Part shown: positions 43,422-54,409 of the stretch, piece after piece
How the letters are laid out: each line of letters begins with the position of its first letter
How positions within the stretch are numbered: the first letter of the stretch is position 1
NCBI GenBank assembly: GCA_038046345.1
Contig: JBBSWJ010000005.1
Span: 36,083 to 100,082 of the forward strand
DNA length: 64,000 nt
Reading direction: 5' to 3'
Source of the DNA: Nanobdellota archaeon
GTDB taxonomy: Archaea; Nanobdellota; Nanobdellia; SCGC-AAA011-G17; JACPNG01
Program-made: the position numbers and the translations under genes
Notes under the pieces: generated by a model
Seen by the model: the letters and a program-made list of their open reading frames with translations, nothing else
What the model was told of the DNA's origin: nothing
Database searches by the model: none

Positions 43422-44039
43422 ATGATAAACCGTGAAGCTGCATACTACATCAAGAGGGCTATTAGAACGGGAGGAGTATCCCCTAAGCTTGAGGAATTAA
43501 GAGGGCATCATCCTCCATCATTAGTTCATTCATTTATTGTGAGTTATACAACAGCACAAATTGGATTAATAGCAGGATACAGTCCATCAGATATAAAATT
43601 CGCTGTATTATGTGCTTTATTACATGATGTCGGCAAATACAGAATACCAGAAGCCATACTTTCAAGCCCGAAAAAACTAACCACCAAAGAAAGATATACT
43701 ATCAACCACCATCCACGTCATGGTCATAACATTCTAGTTGGCTTTGATCGAGATGTTGCAACAGTTGCTGCAGCGCATCATGAACCGTTCATAGACGGTT
43801 ACCCAAGAAAGGAAAGAAGATCAAACCAAGATGGGCTTAGACACACAATTGAATCAGTTGGTCTTGTTGATGTAATAGCAGCTCTTACAGAACCACCCAG
43901 AATCAGACCATATCGCGGGATACCATTCACCCCAACAGAAACAATAGGCTTGTTAAAAGAAAAATTTACTGGAGACCCAACACTCATAGATGTAGCAGAA
44001 CGTTTAATGGCCATGAGAAAAACAAGACTCCAACTATAA
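43422..44039 (+). CDS. HD-GYP-like phosphohydrolase
   Basis: HSFIV, LLHDVGK..IPEAIL, HP..G, HHE..DGYP. Confidence 0.82.
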   Translation: MINREAAYYIKRAIRTGGVSPKLEELRGHHPPSLVHSFIVSYTTAQIGLIAGYSPSDIKFAVLCALLHDVGKYRIPEAILSSPKKLTTKERYTINHHPRHGHNILVGFDRDVATVAAAHHEPFIDGYPRKERRSNQDGLRHTIESVGLVDVIAALTEPPRIRPYRGIPFTPTETIGLLKEKFTGDPTLIDVAERLMAMRKTRLQL

Positions 44040-45215
44040 TCTAAGACTAGTAAATTTATGTTCGTATTTCTTACAAAAATGTAACGGATCCTGAATTACC
44101 TCACCGCTATAAGGCTTTAATTCTGTTTTATCAAATTTTTCAACGTAATCTTTTGGTAATCCCGGGCATATTTTTTTTAAAGAACACTCGCTGCATGGTT
44201 TAAGATGTTTATAATAATGTAATTGCCTGTATGTTGATAACACTTCATTAAATTTTGTGTATAATCCTCTTTTATTGTAACGAGGTGCTCTAAATGGATA
44301 AACTACTAAGCCAGCTATGAACGCTCCAACAACTGGAAAAATTCCTAGATTATGTTTAATATTAAGATACGGATCCCATTCCTTATCTTCATACATCTTT
44401 TGCCACATGGTTCTTACATGTTCTTCATGGCCTTTTAGCATACAGTATGGCATCCATCTTACATTAATAACTTTAAACTGATCTTTATACTTTTGTATAG
44501 ACTTTGATAAAGCATCACCTATCTGATTATAATTTGCAAATCTTACTTTTTCATCGCTGGTGTTAGTTGCTTCTTGGGATGGATTAAAAACTAACAAATT
44601 AACTTCAGATGGGGCATATGGTTTAATTTTTTCAAATAATTTATCACAATGCTCAAAGTTAAGGTTCGTTATAGTCATGTTAAATCTTAGTTCAACCTCT
44701 TTTCTTTTTGATATGTTATCAACAGCTTTCCAAATTCGATCAAACGAACCAGAAATATTCACAAGATTTTCATGTTCTTCTTTTGTTGTTCCATGAGTTG
44801 AAAAGAGAATATCATTTAACCCTGCATCTACTAAACTGTTTGCATATTTTTCATCTGCCAATCGAATACCATTAGTAATTATGCATATTTTTACAAAACC
44901 AATATCTTTAGCATACTTTATTATTTCTAATAAGTCCGGCCTTATTGTTGGTTCACCACCAGATATGTCTACTTGATCAATTCCAAGAGACTTTGCTTCC
45001 CTGAATCTTGATTTTACTTCATTAGTTGAAAAATCTTTTGTTGTTTGGGCTTTTATTGAATCAAGATAATAACAAAAACTGCATCTTGCATTGCATGCAA
45101 ATCCCATTTGCATCACAAATCTTCTTGTGCTTCTTCTAACTATATCTTTTGTCCCATCACCGCGTATCTTTTCTATAAGTGGCACAATTTTTTGTTTTCT
45201 TTTATAGATCTTCAT
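44034..45215 (-). CDS. Radical SAM protein with C-terminal Cys cluster
   Basis: CNARCSFC, ISGGEPT, C-terminal CSECSLKKIC. Confidence 0.9.
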   Translation of the reverse strand: MKIYKRKQKIVPLIEKIRGDGTKDIVRRSTRRFVMQMGFACNARCSFCYYLDSIKAQTTKDFSTNEVKSRFREAKSLGIDQVDISGGEPTIRPDLLEIIKYAKDIGFVKICIITNGIRLADEKYANSLVDAGLNDILFSTHGTTKEEHENLVNISGSFDRIWKAVDNISKRKEVELRFNMTITNLNFEHCDKLFEKIKPYAPSEVNLLVFNPSQEATNTSDEKVRFANYNQIGDALSKSIQKYKDQFKVINVRWMPYCMLKGHEEHVRTMWQKMYEDKEWDPYLNIKHNLGIFPVVGAFIAGLVVYPFRAPRYNKRGLYTKFNEVLSTYRQLHYYKHLKPCSECSLKKICPGLPKDYVEKFDKTELKPYSGEVIQDPLHFCKKYEHKFTSLRL

Positions 45216-45265
45216 TTTGCTTGATAATACCCATTAAAGTAGTAATATAAATGTATTTCTCTTAG

Positions 45266-46078
45266 TTAATAATGTGGTGGTGGAGCACTATGTGTCTTGG
45301 TGACTGGGATAGTCTCCTGCATAGCTAAGTCTGCAAAGAAAACTATTGCCCATCTTGCTATTCCATCAGAATATGGCTTACTATTTATTTGTATAACATC
45401 ATGCCATGCTTGCGGTAGAAATCCTCCTTCAGTTGCATCAGGGAAAGTACATGCCGGCATGAATATTGCTTTTCCATCATGATGCTCTATCATTGTTTTA
45501 GGCCCATCCTTTGATCCGATTCTTAAACCAGGTGTACTTTCTGCTATTGCAATTGTTATTCCGCCACTATCAATATGATTTGTTGCAATATATTCTCCTT
45601 TAGTCTCAGGATCATAAGCAATAAATCTTAAAAAAAATCTTGGATAGATAGAATCATCATAGAATTTATCTCTGATAGCCGGATATTTAAAACTTAACGC
45701 AGATAATATCCTATTAAGTGTTATACATGATTCTTGATAAATTTGCTTAGCATGCCTTAAAAATGGATCAGCCCTGCCATCTTGTATAGCAATTTTATCT
45801 TCTAATAATGGTGAATAATGAAACAGTCTTTTGTTATCATAATGGCCCTTACGTTTTTTTCTTCTTACATAACCTATTTCTCCATTTTTGCTATCATGCG
45901 GTACATTAGGATGCCATAAAAACATATCAAAAAGTAAATGTTCAGGTATATCTAAAAAACCAATAAACGCATCTGCTGCTTTTTTTAGTTGATCACCTGG
46001 AATACCAAAATCAACCATAGCATAACATTTTTCCCTGGTTTCTTTTACAATATATTCAAAAAGCTCTCTACCCTCCAT
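45266..46078 (-). CDS. 2-oxoglutarate/Fe(II) oxygenase (IPNS-like)
   Basis: HID...H facial triad (HIDSG, WHDV) and R-x-A (RWAIVFF). Confidence 0.8.
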   Translation of the reverse strand: MEGRELFEYIVKETREKCYAMVDFGIPGDQLKKAADAFIGFLDIPEHLLFDMFLWHPNVPHDSKNGEIGYVRRKKRKGHYDNKRLFHYSPLLEDKIAIQDGRADPFLRHAKQIYQESCITLNRILSALSFKYPAIRDKFYDDSIYPRFFLRFIAYDPETKGEYIATNHIDSGGITIAIAESTPGLRIGSKDGPKTMIEHHDGKAIFMPACTFPDATEGGFLPQAWHDVIQINSKPYSDGIARWAIVFFADLAMQETIPVTKTHSAPPPHY

Positions 46079-46161
46079 AGTATTTACAAGCTGCCTTAAA
46101 GTTTATAATTATTACTACAGCCCAACTAAAAATTTATAACCATTATTCATTAATTAAAATC

Positions 46162-46725
46162 ATGAAAAAAGTATCCCAAAAATTGTTTGAAGGTGATGCC
46201 TTGGATATTGCCAGAAATATGTTAGGTAAAGTCATTGAATATGATGGTTGTTCGGGCATGATCGTTGAATCTGAAGCTTATAAATCAGATCCAGCATCAC
46301 ATGCATATAAGATTACACCTAGGAGTGAGATTATGCTTACAACTTATGGAAATATTTATGTTTACCTGATCTACGGAATGTATTTTTGTTTAAACATAAC
46401 CACTAATAAAGAAGCAATCGGGGCAGTTTTAATTCGTGCTATTGAACCACTGAGTGGCATTAAAAAGATGGAATCAAGAAGGAGAACCAAAAACATTCTC
46501 AATCTTACTTCTGGTCCAGGCAAACTATGTCAAGCATTAAATATTTCTAAGGGTTTGAATAATACTAAAGTTAATGATAGTATTAAAATTTTTAATTATA
46601 AAGAATTTAAAGATAATCAAATAACATCATCTAAGAGGATTGGTATTAGCAATGGAAAAGATTTAGACTGGAGATTTTTTGTCAGTGGTAATAAATTTGT
46701 AAGTAAAAATCACCAAAAACTTTAA
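46162..46725 (+). CDS. mpg: DNA-3-methyladenine glycosylase (MPG/Aag family)
   Basis: IVESEAY, YVYLIYGMYFCLNI, AVLIRAIEP, GPGKLCQAL, RIGIS. Confidence 0.93.
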   Translation: MKKVSQKLFEGDALDIARNMLGKVIEYDGCSGMIVESEAYKSDPASHAYKITPRSEIMLTTYGNIYVYLIYGMYFCLNITTNKEAIGAVLIRAIEPLSGIKKMESRRRTKNILNLTSGPGKLCQALNISKGLNNTKVNDSIKIFNYKEFKDNQITSSKRIGISNGKDLDWRFFVSGNKFVSKNHQKL

Positions 46726-46750
46726 TAGATGTAATTCTTGTTTATAGCTT

Positions 46751-46975
46751 ATGGGTATAACTGAGGTTCTAATCATTGCATTGGTAAGCATAATTATTTA
46801 TGAGTTCTTTAAACGAATGATTACATTTAAGCTTGTTGTTCTTGTATTACTTATGATCATTATTAGTTTTCTTATTTTAACCGGTAAGATAAGCGACTTC
46901 TTTTCAGATGTGGTGGGACCAACTTCTGCAGCAGTTATAGACACTGTTAAATATGCCCTGTCTGGATTAGTTTAA
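46751..46975 (+). CDS. Small membrane protein
   Basis: 74 aa, two hydrophobic helices. Confidence 0.65.
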   Translation: MGITEVLIIALVSIIIYEFFKRMITFKLVVLVLLMIIISFLILTGKISDFFSDVVGPTSAAVIDTVKYALSGLV

Positions 46976-47659
46976 TACTACCTTTGGGCTGCTATCTATC
47001 TCTAATTTTTTTATGGTTCCATCGATGGTTAATATTAAACTTTCCATAAACAATGAACCACTGTATCTGCTCACTCTTGTTTCTTCGCCTTCTACTTCAA
47101 AACTACCGCTTTTATCAACATCTAATGAGCCTACAGGCATAAAAGTAAAGGATTCTACATCAATTTGTGGTATCTTTAAAGTGTTTATATTAAGTATTGT
47201 TGAGATCTTTAATGTATCTAATTCTTTTGCTAATTCTCCATCATTTAACACAACATTCTGTACCTTTCCGTCCAACTGCAAAGTTCCAACCTCGCTTAGT
47301 TTTATTGGTCCATCATACCCAAATAATATTAATTTAGAATCTTTAGGAGCTCTAATATTAAAATCATCTAATAACAGATTCCCGCCGCCATTTTTTAACA
47401 TCACCTCTAATGTTATACCTTCCCCTCTTAATTCCAGCTTAGGCAATGATATTTGAGCATGCAAACCAAATGGCTCTTTATTTTCATAACTATCACCAGT
47501 TATACCAACAACCATTCCAGTGATTACATTATCACTATCTGTTATTGAAGAATACACAAACAATCCTACCACTCCTAATACTACAATTATTAAAAACACT
47601 TTAAAATCCCTTCTAAGTCTGTATCCCAATGGTACTTGATTTTGTTGAGGGTATGGCAT
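46967..47659 (-). CDS. Hypothetical membrane-anchored protein
   Basis: N-terminal TM followed by ITGMVV and a beta-rich ectodomain. Confidence 0.7.
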   Translation of the reverse strand: MPYPQQNQVPLGYRLRRDFKVFLIIVVLGVVGLFVYSSITDSDNVITGMVVGITGDSYENKEPFGLHAQISLPKLELRGEGITLEVMLKNGGGNLLLDDFNIRAPKDSKLILFGYDGPIKLSEVGTLQLDGKVQNVVLNDGELAKELDTLKISTILNINTLKIPQIDVESFTFMPVGSLDVDKSGSFEVEGEETRVSRYSGSLFMESLILTIDGTIKKLEIDSSPKVVLN

Positions 47660-47734
47660 TTAATTTCATAACAGGTTCCGTATATATAAAAACTTTCCGG
47701 TATTTTTTTAAATGTGTAACATTACTGTTTAACA

Positions 47735-48226
47735 ATGGAAAATAGGGAAGAGCTTATTTTATCAATTAAGCAGTCACGAAAAACATATTTATTTGAATAT
47801 CTAGCTGGTTTTATTATTCTTGGTATGTTACTTATTTTTTACAAGTACAACATTAAGATTAATGATAGCATATTTTATTTTTTGATTATTGTTAGTATTG
47901 CTGCTATTCTTTATCCAGAATTTGACAGAAACTTTATTATCCCAAGGTATAAAATCACTGATAAAAAGATTTCTATCATTACTGGTGTTATTAAACAATC
48001 TGTAAAAAATATTCATTTTCTTCCTTTAGGTTTTATCCCAGAGATCAACCTATCACAAGATAGGCTACCTCATCTATTGAATTATGGTACTATTTCTATC
48101 AATTCAGGTAATGATTATTTTAAGATCAAGAATATTGATAATCCGAAGAATGTTATGGGCCTTATTGAAGAGCTCATAGAATCAAATAGAATGAGTATGT
48201 CAAGTAATTCTAAAATTGAAAAATAA
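47735..48226 (+). CDS. Membrane protein with bacterial PH domain (bPH_2-like)
   Basis: Two TMs, then YKITDKKI..G..LNYGTISI. Confidence 0.75.
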   Translation: MENREELILSIKQSRKTYLFEYLAGFIILGMLLIFYKYNIKINDSIFYFLIIVSIAAILYPEFDRNFIIPRYKITDKKISIITGVIKQSVKNIHFLPLGFIPEINLSQDRLPHLLNYGTISINSGNDYFKIKNIDNPKNVMGLIEELIESNRMSMSSNSKIEK

Positions 48227-48358
48227 TAAATTATAACATTAATTAAGCTAGAATATCAGAATAATATTGTACCAACTATATGGTAACAAACAATAGGAAG
48301 GTATTTAAACAGCAAAAACGACTACTTTTCAGTGGATATCCTTATCCAGTAAAAGCTG

Positions 48359-48496
48359 ATGGAACAAAAAAACAAAAGAAAAGAAATAATCTGTGAGAAC
48401 TGCGGTGCTATTTACCTATCTGAAAACATCCCGCATAATCTACAGTGTACTTGCGAAAACACAATATTCCATTTTACAAACGAAGTACCTGCCTAA
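48359..48496 (+). CDS. Small Zn-finger protein (45 aa, absent from the ORF track)
   Basis: MEQKNKRKEIICENCGAIYLSENIPHNLQCTCENTIFHFTNEVPA. Confidence 0.6.
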   Translation: MEQKNKRKEIICENCGAIYLSENIPHNLQCTCENTIFHFTNEVPA

Positions 48497-49281
48497 AACA
48501 GTAATAAAATGCCGTATCCAACAAAACAACCAGCGGTTATAAATGGCATTGCAGGGTAATATCTTTTTTTCTTAGATATAAACAACAAGGTCAACAACCC
48601 CAACATTGCTGTGAGTGATATTATCAAACTCAAAAACCCGTAATCTACCATAAGCACCCCCGCAAATATCAAAGGAAACGCTATATCCCCCCCGCCAAGT
48701 ATAGCCATATTATTCTTGTATTTTATCAAAAATCCAGCAAATAGCTTTTCTTTAGCCTGAAACTTAGCTAAAGATACCATATGTTTGGTCTTCCTCACAG
48801 CTATAAAATCATAAGCTGATACGCCAATTAACACAAGAGAAGCTATTTCTATGCTTAATACCGGCGCAAACAATGCAGATATAGCCCCATAAACAAATAG
48901 TTCAGTAAAATTATGCACAATTACATTATTCCTAAATAGCCTTAATGCTACAAATACAATTGCTACAATAAACGCAATGGTTGAATGAAAAAATGCAGAA
49001 AAAGACACTGAAAGAGTTAGCAGTATCGCCATACTAAACCAAATCTTCCATAAGACACCTAGCTTAAGTTTTATCAGTAATAAGAGCAATATTGTAAGCA
49101 CAACTATTACTATTATTATGTACATAGTTGAACTTAATGGTTTTTCAACATTTATGCTTGGTCTTTCAAGATTATACGGTAAATCTTTATTTAAGTAAAC
49201 ACTTGTAACATACAAGCCGATTAAATGGGAAACTAAAAACAATATTAATATGATCACATTTATCTTGCTTGGGTGCTTCAT
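48493..49281 (-). CDS. Presenilin-family intramembrane aspartyl protease
   Basis: YD, LGGGD and PAMP motifs in a multi-TM protein. Confidence 0.9.
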   Translation of the reverse strand: MKHPSKINVIILILFLVSHLIGLYVTSVYLNKDLPYNLERPSINVEKPLSSTMYIIIVIVVLTILLLLLIKLKLGVLWKIWFSMAILLTLSVSFSAFFHSTIAFIVAIVFVALRLFRNNVIVHNFTELFVYGAISALFAPVLSIEIASLVLIGVSAYDFIAVRKTKHMVSLAKFQAKEKLFAGFLIKYKNNMAILGGGDIAFPLIFAGVLMVDYGFLSLIISLTAMLGLLTLLFISKKKRYYPAMPFITAGCFVGYGILLLF

Positions 49282-49545
49282 GATAATTAGTCTAAGCCTT
49301 TCCTATTTTAACTTATTGAAAACTTGAGCTGTAAAGTAAAAGTAGCTCACAACATCAGAATTTAACGAAGTCTTCATGTAGTTTGAATATTATATCCAGC
49401 TTATAGAAGAATTGAACCCAAACCAGCATTAACATCTTAGACTTTTTCTCTACTATATCTAACATCTACAAGTGAGATAGACTCACCATTGTTTAATAGT
49501 TATAATAATACAAATATTTATAAGCAATTGCCACTAAAACGGCGG

Positions 49546-50466
49546 ATGAATTACAATAAAACATTCCGTAGGGTTATATGTAGCTTAGTCTTATTATGTG
49601 GGTTATACCACAAAACTCTTGGAATAGACTCAAAAACATTACCCCTGAAGTTTCCTAACGCACAAGAAATATTTAGACCAAGAATAGCCAATAATTTAGA
49701 AACAGTAATAGAATCCAATATAACCCACGCTCATGAAAGATTTGTTAGAACTCTCAGATGGGATGAAACCATATCTAAAGCTGAAGAAAAATATAATATA
49801 GAAAAAGGTTTACTTGCGGGGTTAATCATGCAAGAAAGCATGGGCGATCCATTATCATTAAATGAAAGCAACGATGGTGGCGCTGGATTAATGATGTTTC
49901 AACCAGGAACTGCAAGAAATTATGGCCTAAAGGTAATTGGTAGCTCAAATAAGACTGGTAGAGATACAGATCATGGAAAACAACTTCGAAAGTTAGTTGA
50001 TACACAAGATCGCAACTACCAAGTACTTGCTGAAATTGATGAAAGGTTTGACGTAAACAAAAGTATAGATGCTGGAGCAAAGTATCTTCATGACCTACAT
50101 GCATCACACGACTCATGGGACATGGCACTCTCTGCTTATAACAAAGGAAAACCAGTAAGAAGACCAAATTCTACACAACACGTAAAAAGCACAAGAAGAT
50201 TTCAATGGTATTATGAAACGAACGGTGGAAAAATAGGTCAATATTACGAATATATAAGAACAAACAGCCGCGGTGAAGACATTTTTAGGTATGAAATACG
50301 CCAAAGTGACAGCCCTAGGAGTATTGCAAATAATTTTAATATATCAGATGATAGAAACAGATACAAAAAAATAAAACCATCAGATGTTGTAGATAAAAAC
50401 AGACACCTAGCAGGCAATAAACTTAGCACTGGTCAGACAGTTTTTGTAAAAGCAACACCTAATTAA
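49546..50466 (+). CDS. Secreted lytic transglycosylase (SLT) with C-terminal LysM-like domain
   Basis: IMQES catalytic Glu, [25 protein letters not shown]; [13 protein letters not shown]...LSTGQTVFV. Confidence 0.85.
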   Translation: MNYNKTFRRVICSLVLLCGLYHKTLGIDSKTLPLKFPNAQEIFRPRIANNLETVIESNITHAHERFVRTLRWDETISKAEEKYNIEKGLLAGLIMQESMGDPLSLNESNDGGAGLMMFQPGTARNYGLKVIGSSNKTGRDTDHGKQLRKLVDTQDRNYQVLAEIDERFDVNKSIDAGAKYLHDLHASHDSWDMALSAYNKGKPVRRPNSTQHVKSTRRFQWYYETNGGKIGQYYEYIRTNSRGEDIFRYEIRQSDSPRSIANNFNISDDRNRYKKIKPSDVVDKNRHLAGNKLSTGQTVFVKATPN

Positions 50467-51562
50467 ACATTTTTTCAAAGAAGTTTTTCTGGGGGCTTAA
50501 TCTTTCTTTGTTTTCTTTTCCTAACTGTAATAATAATTCTTTTTCCACCTTAGTTAATTTTTGGGGAGTTTTAACATGAGCATGAACAAATTGATCTCCA
50601 TGTCCATATCCATTAATATCAGGTAAGCCCTTGCCTTTAAGTCTGAATGTGGTATTACTCTGTGTTCCTGCAGGTACTTTAATTTTGGTAGTTCCTTCCA
50701 ATGTTGGTACTTCTAGCTCAGCGCCCAATGCTGCTTGTGAAAAGCTTATTGGGAGATCAATATGAACATCTATTCCATCTCTCTCAAAAAGTTCATGCTG
50801 CCTCACTCTTACTACTACTAATAAATCACCAGAAGCACCATGTTTTACAGCTGTACCTTCTCCATGTACTCTTATTATTTGACCATCATCTATGCCGGGA
50901 GGAATTTTTACTTTTATAGTCTTTTCTTTGAATAATATTCCATCACCATCACAATGCTTACATTCATTTTTTGGTACCTGACCCTTTCCTTGACATTCAC
51001 TGCATAGAGTTTGCGCTGAAAAAATTCCAAATGGTGTTCTTTGTTGTTTGATGATTCTTCCCTTGCCATGACATTTGGAGCAATTTACCAAGTCACCATC
51101 CTCAGCACCAGTACCATCACAATGCTCACAAAGGATATTCTTTTCTAGTTTTATTGTTTTGTCTAGTCCATTGATTACATCTTCAAAGTCTATTGTTACA
51201 TCAGTTCTTATATCATTCCCTTTGGCTGCTCTTCTGTTGCCAGCACCAAAGAACGATTCAAAAATACTACCGCCAAATAAATCACCAAAAAGATCTTCGA
51301 AATTTGTTCCACGAAATATATCTTCTTGGGAATATCTCTGATCAAATCCTGCATGCCCAAACTGATCATATGCTTTTCTCTTTGATTCATCTGACAACAC
51401 TGCATAAGCTTCAGAAATCTCTTTGAATTTTTCTTCTGCGCCTTCTTCTTTTGATCGATCTGGATGGTATTTTAACGCAAGCTTCTTATAAGCTTTCTTT
51501 ATCTCTTCCTTACTAGCGCCTTTACTAACACTCAGTATTTCATAATAGTCTCCTTTAGTCAT
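50459..51562 (-). CDS. dnaJ: Chaperone DnaJ
   Basis: J domain with HPD, G/F region, four CxxCxGxG repeats. Confidence 0.97.
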   Translation of the reverse strand: MTKGDYYEILSVSKGASKEEIKKAYKKLALKYHPDRSKEEGAEEKFKEISEAYAVLSDESKRKAYDQFGHAGFDQRYSQEDIFRGTNFEDLFGDLFGGSIFESFFGAGNRRAAKGNDIRTDVTIDFEDVINGLDKTIKLEKNILCEHCDGTGAEDGDLVNCSKCHGKGRIIKQQRTPFGIFSAQTLCSECQGKGQVPKNECKHCDGDGILFKEKTIKVKIPPGIDDGQIIRVHGEGTAVKHGASGDLLVVVRVRQHELFERDGIDVHIDLPISFSQAALGAELEVPTLEGTTKIKVPAGTQSNTTFRLKGKGLPDINGYGHGDQFVHAHVKTPQKLTKVEKELLLQLGKENKERLSPQKNFFEKMFN

Positions 51563-51587
51563 TCAGCACCTTTGTAAGCAAGAGTTT

Positions 51588-53399
51588 TTAACTCTTTTTC
51601 TTTTTCTTTTTTTCCTCAACTACTTCAGCGTCTACAACCTGTTCTTCATTCTTTGTTTCAGAAGCTGCTTTCTTTGCAGCTTCTTCGTACATTTTAGCAC
51701 CGATCTCTTGAGTTTTCTTCTGTACTTCTTCTAATTGTCTTTTTATCTTTGCTGTATCATCTGTTTTCACTGCTTCTTTTAATGCATCAATTTCTTTTTG
51801 AACTGTTTCAACAGTCTTTTTATCAGCTTTATCACCAAATTCTTTTATCATTTTCTCAGTGCTGTAAATAAGTTGATCTGCTGAGTTTCTTACCTCGATA
51901 CCTTCTTTCTTCTTCTTGTCTTCTGATTCATGTGCTTGTGCGTTCTTCAAAAGTTCTTCTACTTTTTCCTTGCTCATTCCTGAACCGCCGGTTACAGTAA
52001 TTTTTTGCTGTTTCCCTGTAGCTCTATCCTGCGCAGACACATTTACAATTCCATTTGCATCTATATCAAATGTCACTTCAATCTGTGGCACGCCCCTAGG
52101 TGCAGGTGGTATTCCATCAAGCATAAATCTGCCCAAGCTCTTATTGTCAGCTGCCATCTCTCTTTCTCCTTGCAGTACATTGATCTCAACTCCAGGCTGA
52201 TTATCTGCTGCAGTAGAGAATACTTGCGATTTCTTAGTTGGTATTGTTGTATTCCTTTCTATCAAAGGTGTTCTTATGCCACCAAGTGTTTCTATGCCTA
52301 ATGTTAATGGTGTTACATCTAATAGCAAGACATCTTTAACCTCGCCGCCTAATATACCTGCTTGTATTGCTGCGCCTAGAGCAACTGCTTCATCAGGGTG
52401 CACACTTTTATCTGCTTCCATTTTGGTTAGATCTTTTACTATAGCTTGCACTTTTGGTATTCTTGTTGATCCGCCAACCAAGATTACATGATCAATACCG
52501 TCTATTTTTGCGTCTTTAATGGCCTGTTTCACAGGATTTTTTAGTCTGTCAAATATTGATTCATTTAATTCTTCAAACTTTGCTCTGGTCAGCTTAATAT
52601 CCAGGTGTAATGGTCCTGATTGTCCAGCAGTTATAAATGGCAGGTTTATCTGTGCTTGCAAACTGCTTGACAATTCTATTTTTGTTTTTTCTGCAGCTTC
52701 TTTTAATCTTTGCAATGCTATAGGATCTTCTCTTAGGTCTATACCATTAATTTTTCTGAATTCTTTTGCTAAATAATCTATAATCTTATCGTCTATATCG
52801 TCCCCACCAAGATGGTTGTCCCCTGATGTTGACTTTACTTCAAATACACCGCCGCCTAATTCAAGTATTGACACATCAAATGTTCCACCACCAAAGTCAA
52901 ATACTAATATAGTTTTGTCACTTGTTTTGTCTAATCCATAAGAAAGGGCTGCTGCTGTTGGTTCGTTTACTATTCTTAAAACATTTAATCCAGCTATTTT
53001 TCCTGCATTCTTTGTTGCTTGTCTTTGAGCATCATCAAAGTATGCTGGTACAGTAATTACCGCGTCAGTTACTTTAGCACCAAGGTATTCTTCTGCGTCT
53101 TTCTTTAATTTTTGAAGTATTTTAGCTGAAATTTCTTCAGGGGTATAATCCCTTCCGTCTATTGTTACTTTTTCTTTTGTGCCCATTAATCTTTTGATGG
53201 ATCTTACTGTATTCTTTGGGTTTACAATTGCCTGTCTTTTTGCTATTGCTCCTACCAGTGTCTCATTATCTTTGATGGATACAACGCTGGGTGTTGTATT
53301 AGCTCCCTCGCTGTTTGGGATTATTTTTGGTTTCCCCCCTTCCATTACTGCTACTGCTGAGAATGTTGTTCCTAAATCAATTCCTATTGTCTTTGTCAT
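51588..53399 (-). CDS. dnaK: Chaperone DnaK
   Basis: [33 protein letters not shown]. Confidence 0.98.
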   Translation of the reverse strand: MTKTIGIDLGTTFSAVAVMEGGKPKIIPNSEGANTTPSVVSIKDNETLVGAIAKRQAIVNPKNTVRSIKRLMGTKEKVTIDGRDYTPEEISAKILQKLKKDAEEYLGAKVTDAVITVPAYFDDAQRQATKNAGKIAGLNVLRIVNEPTAAALSYGLDKTSDKTILVFDFGGGTFDVSILELGGGVFEVKSTSGDNHLGGDDIDDKIIDYLAKEFRKINGIDLREDPIALQRLKEAAEKTKIELSSSLQAQINLPFITAGQSGPLHLDIKLTRAKFEELNESIFDRLKNPVKQAIKDAKIDGIDHVILVGGSTRIPKVQAIVKDLTKMEADKSVHPDEAVALGAAIQAGILGGEVKDVLLLDVTPLTLGIETLGGIRTPLIERNTTIPTKKSQVFSTAADNQPGVEINVLQGEREMAADNKSLGRFMLDGIPPAPRGVPQIEVTFDIDANGIVNVSAQDRATGKQQKITVTGGSGMSKEKVEELLKNAQAHESEDKKKKEGIEVRNSADQLIYSTEKMIKEFGDKADKKTVETVQKEIDALKEAVKTDDTAKIKRQLEEVQKKTQEIGAKMYEEAAKKAASETKNEEQVVDAEVVEEKKKKKKS

Positions 53400-53853
53400 T
53401 TTTTTTGCCTCCTGTGCTTACCACAACCTTTGTATGTCTCAGTACTTTATCATATATCATGTACCCTTTTTGTAATTCTTTGAGTATAGTGCCTTCTTTT
53501 TGCTCTGAATGTTCTTGTAATAGTGCTTCATGTAGTTCCGGGTTAAATTCTCCGTTTACTTGTATTTTTTTAACGCCCTCTTTTTCAAGTAATGAACTAA
53601 ACTTAGTATAAAGTAATTCTATTCCATTCATGAAACTGTCTGATTCTTTATTTTTAATTGCCATTTCTAAATCATCTAATATTGTTAATAACTCTTTTAT
53701 TAGCTCAATCTTTGCAAATTTGACATAATTCTCATGTTCTTTTTGCATTCTTTTTTGATAATTCTCAAACTCTGCCTGCACTCTTTGCAGTATCTCTTTG
53801 TAGTTTTCTTTTGGTTTTTTTTCAGTGTCCTTAGATTGTGATTTATCTTTCAT
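53377..53853 (-). CDS. grpE: Nucleotide exchange factor GrpE
   Basis: [30 protein letters not shown]. Confidence 0.95.
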   Translation of the reverse strand: MKDKSQSKDTEKKPKENYKEILQRVQAEFENYQKRMQKEHENYVKFAKIELIKELLTILDDLEMAIKNKESDSFMNGIELLYTKFSSLLEKEGVKKIQVNGEFNPELHEALLQEHSEQKEGTILKELQKGYMIYDKVLRHTKVVVSTGGKKNDKDNRN

Positions 53854-53870
53854 TGGTAGATACGCTCCAT

Positions 53871-53905
53871 GTTGAGCTTAAATCATCAGTTGATCTAAAC
53901 TCTAC
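53871..53905. promoter_or_regulatory. Imperfect inverted repeat (operator candidate) upstream of grpE
   Basis: gttgagcttaaatca-N5-tgatctaaactctac, 12 of 15 matched. Confidence 0.45.
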
Positions 53906-53968
53906 TAATATATATAGTTTTCGGTTAATTTTAGGTAGTTTTATAAAGTACCATAGCATAACACTGCC

Positions 53969-54367
53969 ATGATCAGGCGTTTTACGAGAATTACTATCAT
54001 CAAAAAGATTATCCCAAGAGAGATGACTATTAACGAAGAATTACAAGCCTTTTCTGATGCGATAGGCTTATTTGGCGAACGTGATAAGGAAAAATCATGC
54101 TTCCGTATCTTTGTTACCCTGCTAAGAAAGGACTTCCCGCTCACATCTGATGAAATTGCAGAGTTATCAAACTTATCCAGGGGTACTGTAATTCATCACA
54201 TCAACAGGCTAATGGACGCAGGTATTGTTATAGGGATAAAGAATAAATACCAGCTAAGAACAAATAAATTCTCAAAACTTGTAGAGTATCTAGAACATGA
54301 TGTTCAAACTTACTTCCGTGAATTACGCAAGCTTGGAGAACAGATAGACGAAGACCTTATGATATAG
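53969..54367 (+). CDS. Winged-HTH transcriptional regulator (ArsR/MarR-like)
   Basis: LTSDEIAELSNLSRGTVIHHINRLMDAGIV. Confidence 0.88.
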   Translation: MIRRFTRITIIKKIIPREMTINEELQAFSDAIGLFGERDKEKSCFRIFVTLLRKDFPLTSDEIAELSNLSRGTVIHHINRLMDAGIVIGIKNKYQLRTNKFSKLVEYLEHDVQTYFRELRKLGEQIDEDLMI

Positions 54368-54409
54368 CCATCTAAACATTTAAATAGATTTACACCAAAA
54401 AATGTAACT

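Noticed and set aside
53871-53905. CIRCE element
   Set aside because: It does not match TTAGCACTC-N9-GAGTGCTAA; kept only as a generic palindrome.
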